Source: Virgibacillus sp.
Lineage (GTDB): Bacteria > Bacillota > Bacilli > Bacillales > Amphibacillaceae
Direction of reading: 5' to 3'
Length of the DNA stretch: 64,000 nucleotides
Assembly: GCA_035301285.1 (NCBI GenBank)
Contig: DATGUN010000088.1
Span: 18,582 to 82,581 of the forward strand
Every line of letters starts with the position of its first letter. Positions within the stretch are counted from its first letter, which is position 1. Position numbers and translations under genes: made by a program. Below, piece after piece: positions 62,050-64,000 of this stretch. The notes below the pieces were generated by a model. That model was given only the letters and a program-made list of their open reading frames with translations, was not told the DNA's origin and did no database searches.

Positions 62050-62976
62050 TCAGTTCAGGACTTCATCCAGCACGTGTAGGTTTTTCTCCATCAATGTCAG
62101 ATAATCATCTTGATTTTCGATATCCTTTTCTGTCAACACTGAAAGGTTATGAATTGTTAGTGCTTTTGCATCAATATAATCCTGGATGATTTCAGAAATT
62201 TGATTCGATGCATTTTGTTCGAATATGACATAATGCAGATTCGAGGACTCTGCCTGGTGGATAATTTTTGTTAAATCACGTTGTGATGGCTCCTCACTGG
62301 ATGATAAGCCATTGATCGGAAGTTGTTCAATTCCGTAACGTTCTTCCCAATAACCATAGGCGGCATGGGACACAAGGATTGTTTTATTGTCCTTGTTTTG
62401 CAATGTGCTTTTGAAATCTTCATCGAGATGGATCAAATCTTCTTTCAGGCTTTCGAAGTTTGCAGTGAATAACTTCTCTTTACCGGGATCAAGTTCAATC
62501 AATGTATCCTTGATATATGAGGCTGCCATAATCAACCGTGTTGGATCCAGCCACATATGTGGATCGATGTCGCCATGATCATGATGATGGATATCATCTT
62601 CGTCGTTATGGTCAGCCCTGAATAACTCCTTATGACGACCCAGTTCAATACGTTTTACATTTGTTTCTTGAAGGGCGTTCGCTGCCGTTTCTGCAAAACC
62701 TTCCATACCTGAGCCAAGATAAATGAATGCATCTCCTTTCGCAATATCAGTCATATCTTTCGTTGTCGGTTCATACGTGTGAGCATCCACACCAGGGGGG
62801 TAGACTGACTGGCTCATGACTGCATCTCCCCCGATTCGTTCTACAGCATATTGTATGGGATATATAGATGTATAAATCGTTAATTTATCATTATGGGATT
62901 CATCGGTCGCATCCTGACATCCAAAAAACAGGAAACACACCATCCCAAATACAATAACAATGAATATTTTTTTCAT
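62050..62976 (-). CDS. znuA: Zinc ABC transporter substrate-binding lipoprotein
   Basis: Lipobox FFGC. Ligand contexts DAHTYEP, DPHMWLDP and VSHAAYGYW (His at the third position), plus an acidic His-rich loop HNDEDDIHHHDHGDIDPH. ATG 62976 sits 8 nt after GGAAGGA; ATG 62982 is also possible. Confidence 0.85.
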   Translation of the reverse strand: MKKIFIVIVFGMVCFLFFGCQDATDESHNDKLTIYTSIYPIQYAVERIGGDAVMSQSVYPPGVDAHTYEPTTKDMTDIAKGDAFIYLGSGMEGFAETAANALQETNVKRIELGRHKELFRADHNDEDDIHHHDHGDIDPHMWLDPTRLIMAASYIKDTLIELDPGKEKLFTANFESLKEDLIHLDEDFKSTLQNKDNKTILVSHAAYGYWEERYGIEQLPINGLSSSEEPSQRDLTKIIHQAESSNLHYVIFEQNASNQISEIIQDYIDAKALTIHNLSVLTEKDIENQDDYLTLMEKNLHVLDEVLN

Positions 62977-63009
62977 GCTCATGTTCCTTCCAATTAACAC
63001 TATTTTTAT

Positions 63010-63038
63010 ATAATATCGTAATCATTACGATTTGTAAA
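63010..63038 (-). promoter_or_regulatory. znuA promoter with embedded Zur box
   Basis: On the minus strand: TTTACA (63033-63038), 17-nt spacer, TATTAT (63010-63015). The spacer holds the perfect palindrome TCGTAAT-C-ATTACGA (63016-30; AATATCGTAATCATTACGATTT over 63012-63033), matching the Bacillus Zur consensus AAATCGTAATNATTACGATTT. An extra half-site ATTACGA lies at 63047-63053. Confidence 0.8.
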
Positions 63039-63488
63039 TAAGAGTGATTACGATTTAAGAAAATATTTTAATGACACTTATCTTTGACGGGGTATTTGAA
63101 TGGTTAACATCACGGAGGATCGTTCAAGTGTCTGGACTCTGGAACATCAGATGGTTTTCTTGGGTGGCAAAGCTATTTATCGGTATCTATGTTATATAAC
63201 AACAATTAAAAAGCGATTGTTTGAATGGGTGGTTGTCAAATCCTTATATTACAGCGCTCGGTTCAGCCGGGAAATTAATTGACTTTAACAATCATTCGCA
63301 AAACTGTTTGCCAAATGTTCAAGAATAATTTATACTATTGATAAGAACGGTTTGAAATATACTTTACTTGGTGGAAAAATTTTAGCCATGATTTTATATA
63401 TCGCTAAGATTTAAAAACAGTGTGGTGGTCGATTGATAAATGGCATCATCTACACGTTTTATACCCAAGTTTTATTTTTCACTAAAAA

Positions 63489-63506
63489 TGAATGAGTATT
63501 CATTCA
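63489..63506 (+). promoter_or_regulatory. FadR (YsiA)-type operator upstream of fadN
   Basis: TGAATGAGTATTCATTCA fits the remembered B. subtilis FadR box TGAATGANTANTCATTCA. It lies 23 nt before the fadN start. Confidence 0.65.
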
Positions 63507-63528
63507 AAAAATGATTGGAGGAAATGAC

Positions 63529-64000
63529 ATGGTCCGAACGATCAAGCGAGCAGCAGTCCTTGGATCCGGAGTAATGGGGTCAAGCATTGCTGCACATTTG
63601 GCCAATGTCGGAATAAACACGCTTATGCTCGACATTGTTCCAACAGAACTTACTAAAGAGGAAAAAGGAAAAGGATTGACGCTTGAAGATAAAGCTGTCC
63701 GTAATAAAATGGCTGAACAGGGAAAGAAAGGATTGATGAAACAAAGTCCTTCACCGATTACATCCAAAAATAGCCTGGACTTGATTGAAACAGGAAATAT
63801 GGAAGATGATATCCAGAAATTAGGTGATGTGGACTGGATTATCGAAGTTGTTGTTGAAAATCTGGACATCAAGAAAAAGGTTTTGGCAAATGTGGAAAAA
63901 CACCGTACCGAGGGAACGATTGTATCATCGAATACATCGGGTGTTTCCGTTAATAGAATGGTAGCGGATTGTTCAGATGAATTCAAAAAACATTTTATGG
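63529..64000 (+). CDS. fadN: 3-hydroxyacyl-CoA dehydrogenase FadN, N-terminal part (3' end outside window)
   Basis: Absent from the ORF track because it runs off the window. ATG 63529 follows TTGGAGGA. Translated by hand: MVRTIKRAAVLGSGVMGSSIAAHLANVGINTLMLDIVP...IIEVVVENLDIKKKV, showing the Rossmann GxGxxG of HADH enzymes. Confidence 0.8.
   Translation, partial: MVRTIKRAAVLGSGVMGSSIAAHLANVGINTLMLDIVPTELTKEEKGKGLTLEDKAVRNKMAEQGKKGLMKQSPSPITSKNSLDLIETGNMEDDIQKLGDVDWIIEVVVENLDIKKKVLANVEKHRTEGTIVSSNTSGVSVNRMVADCSDEFKKHFM

Noticed and set aside
63504-63986. 160-aa minus-strand ORF at the window end
   Set aside because: The product is a Ser/Thr/Phe/Ile-rich low-complexity protein with no SD. The opposite strand encodes an obvious FadN N-terminus (Rossmann GSGVMGSSIA) with SD and a FadR box, so this is an antisense artefact.

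Overview
This window is mostly core chromosome of a low-GC Bacillaceae genome. From memory, gene order follows the Bacillus subtilis neighbourhood: uvrBA, yojF/bshB2, hprK-lgt-ppaX, trxB, yvcI-rapZ-yvcK-whiA-crh, clpP, cggR-gapA-pgk-tpiA-gpmI-eno, secG-est-rnr-smpB-ssrA, liaIHFSR. The tmRNA tag reads (A)GKETNQPALAAA.

I call about 60 protein genes, one tRNA-Arg(CCG), tmRNA, many intrinsic terminators and several operators readable by eye:
- a LexA box at uvrB
- a CtsR repeat at clpP
- CggR direct repeats
- a Zur box inside the znuA promoter
- a FadR-type palindrome before fadN

Blocks that look inserted relative to the B. subtilis order:
- a ba3-like cytochrome oxidase operon with SCO and an unknown membrane protein
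- glpP separated from glpD by two transporters
- a CotZ-like / Spo0E-like / MenA-like block
- a Mn-type ABC importer between rnr and smpB
- a roughly 3-kb decayed integrative element in the 3' end of ssrA
- a MoxR/DUF58 pair
- a znuACB-zur operon

I found no CRISPR array, no rRNA, no intact transposase and no recognisable defence or toxin-antitoxin system. I could not demonstrate a convincing novel multi-gene system. The best leads are the ssrA island, where two lipoprotein genes stay intact among pseudogenes; the Cys/His-rich CotZ-like protein; the long promoter-bearing leader before the Mn transporter; and several structured spacers of 300-580 nt with no assigned function.

All family assignments come from motifs read by eye and remembered family signatures. 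No database search was run.
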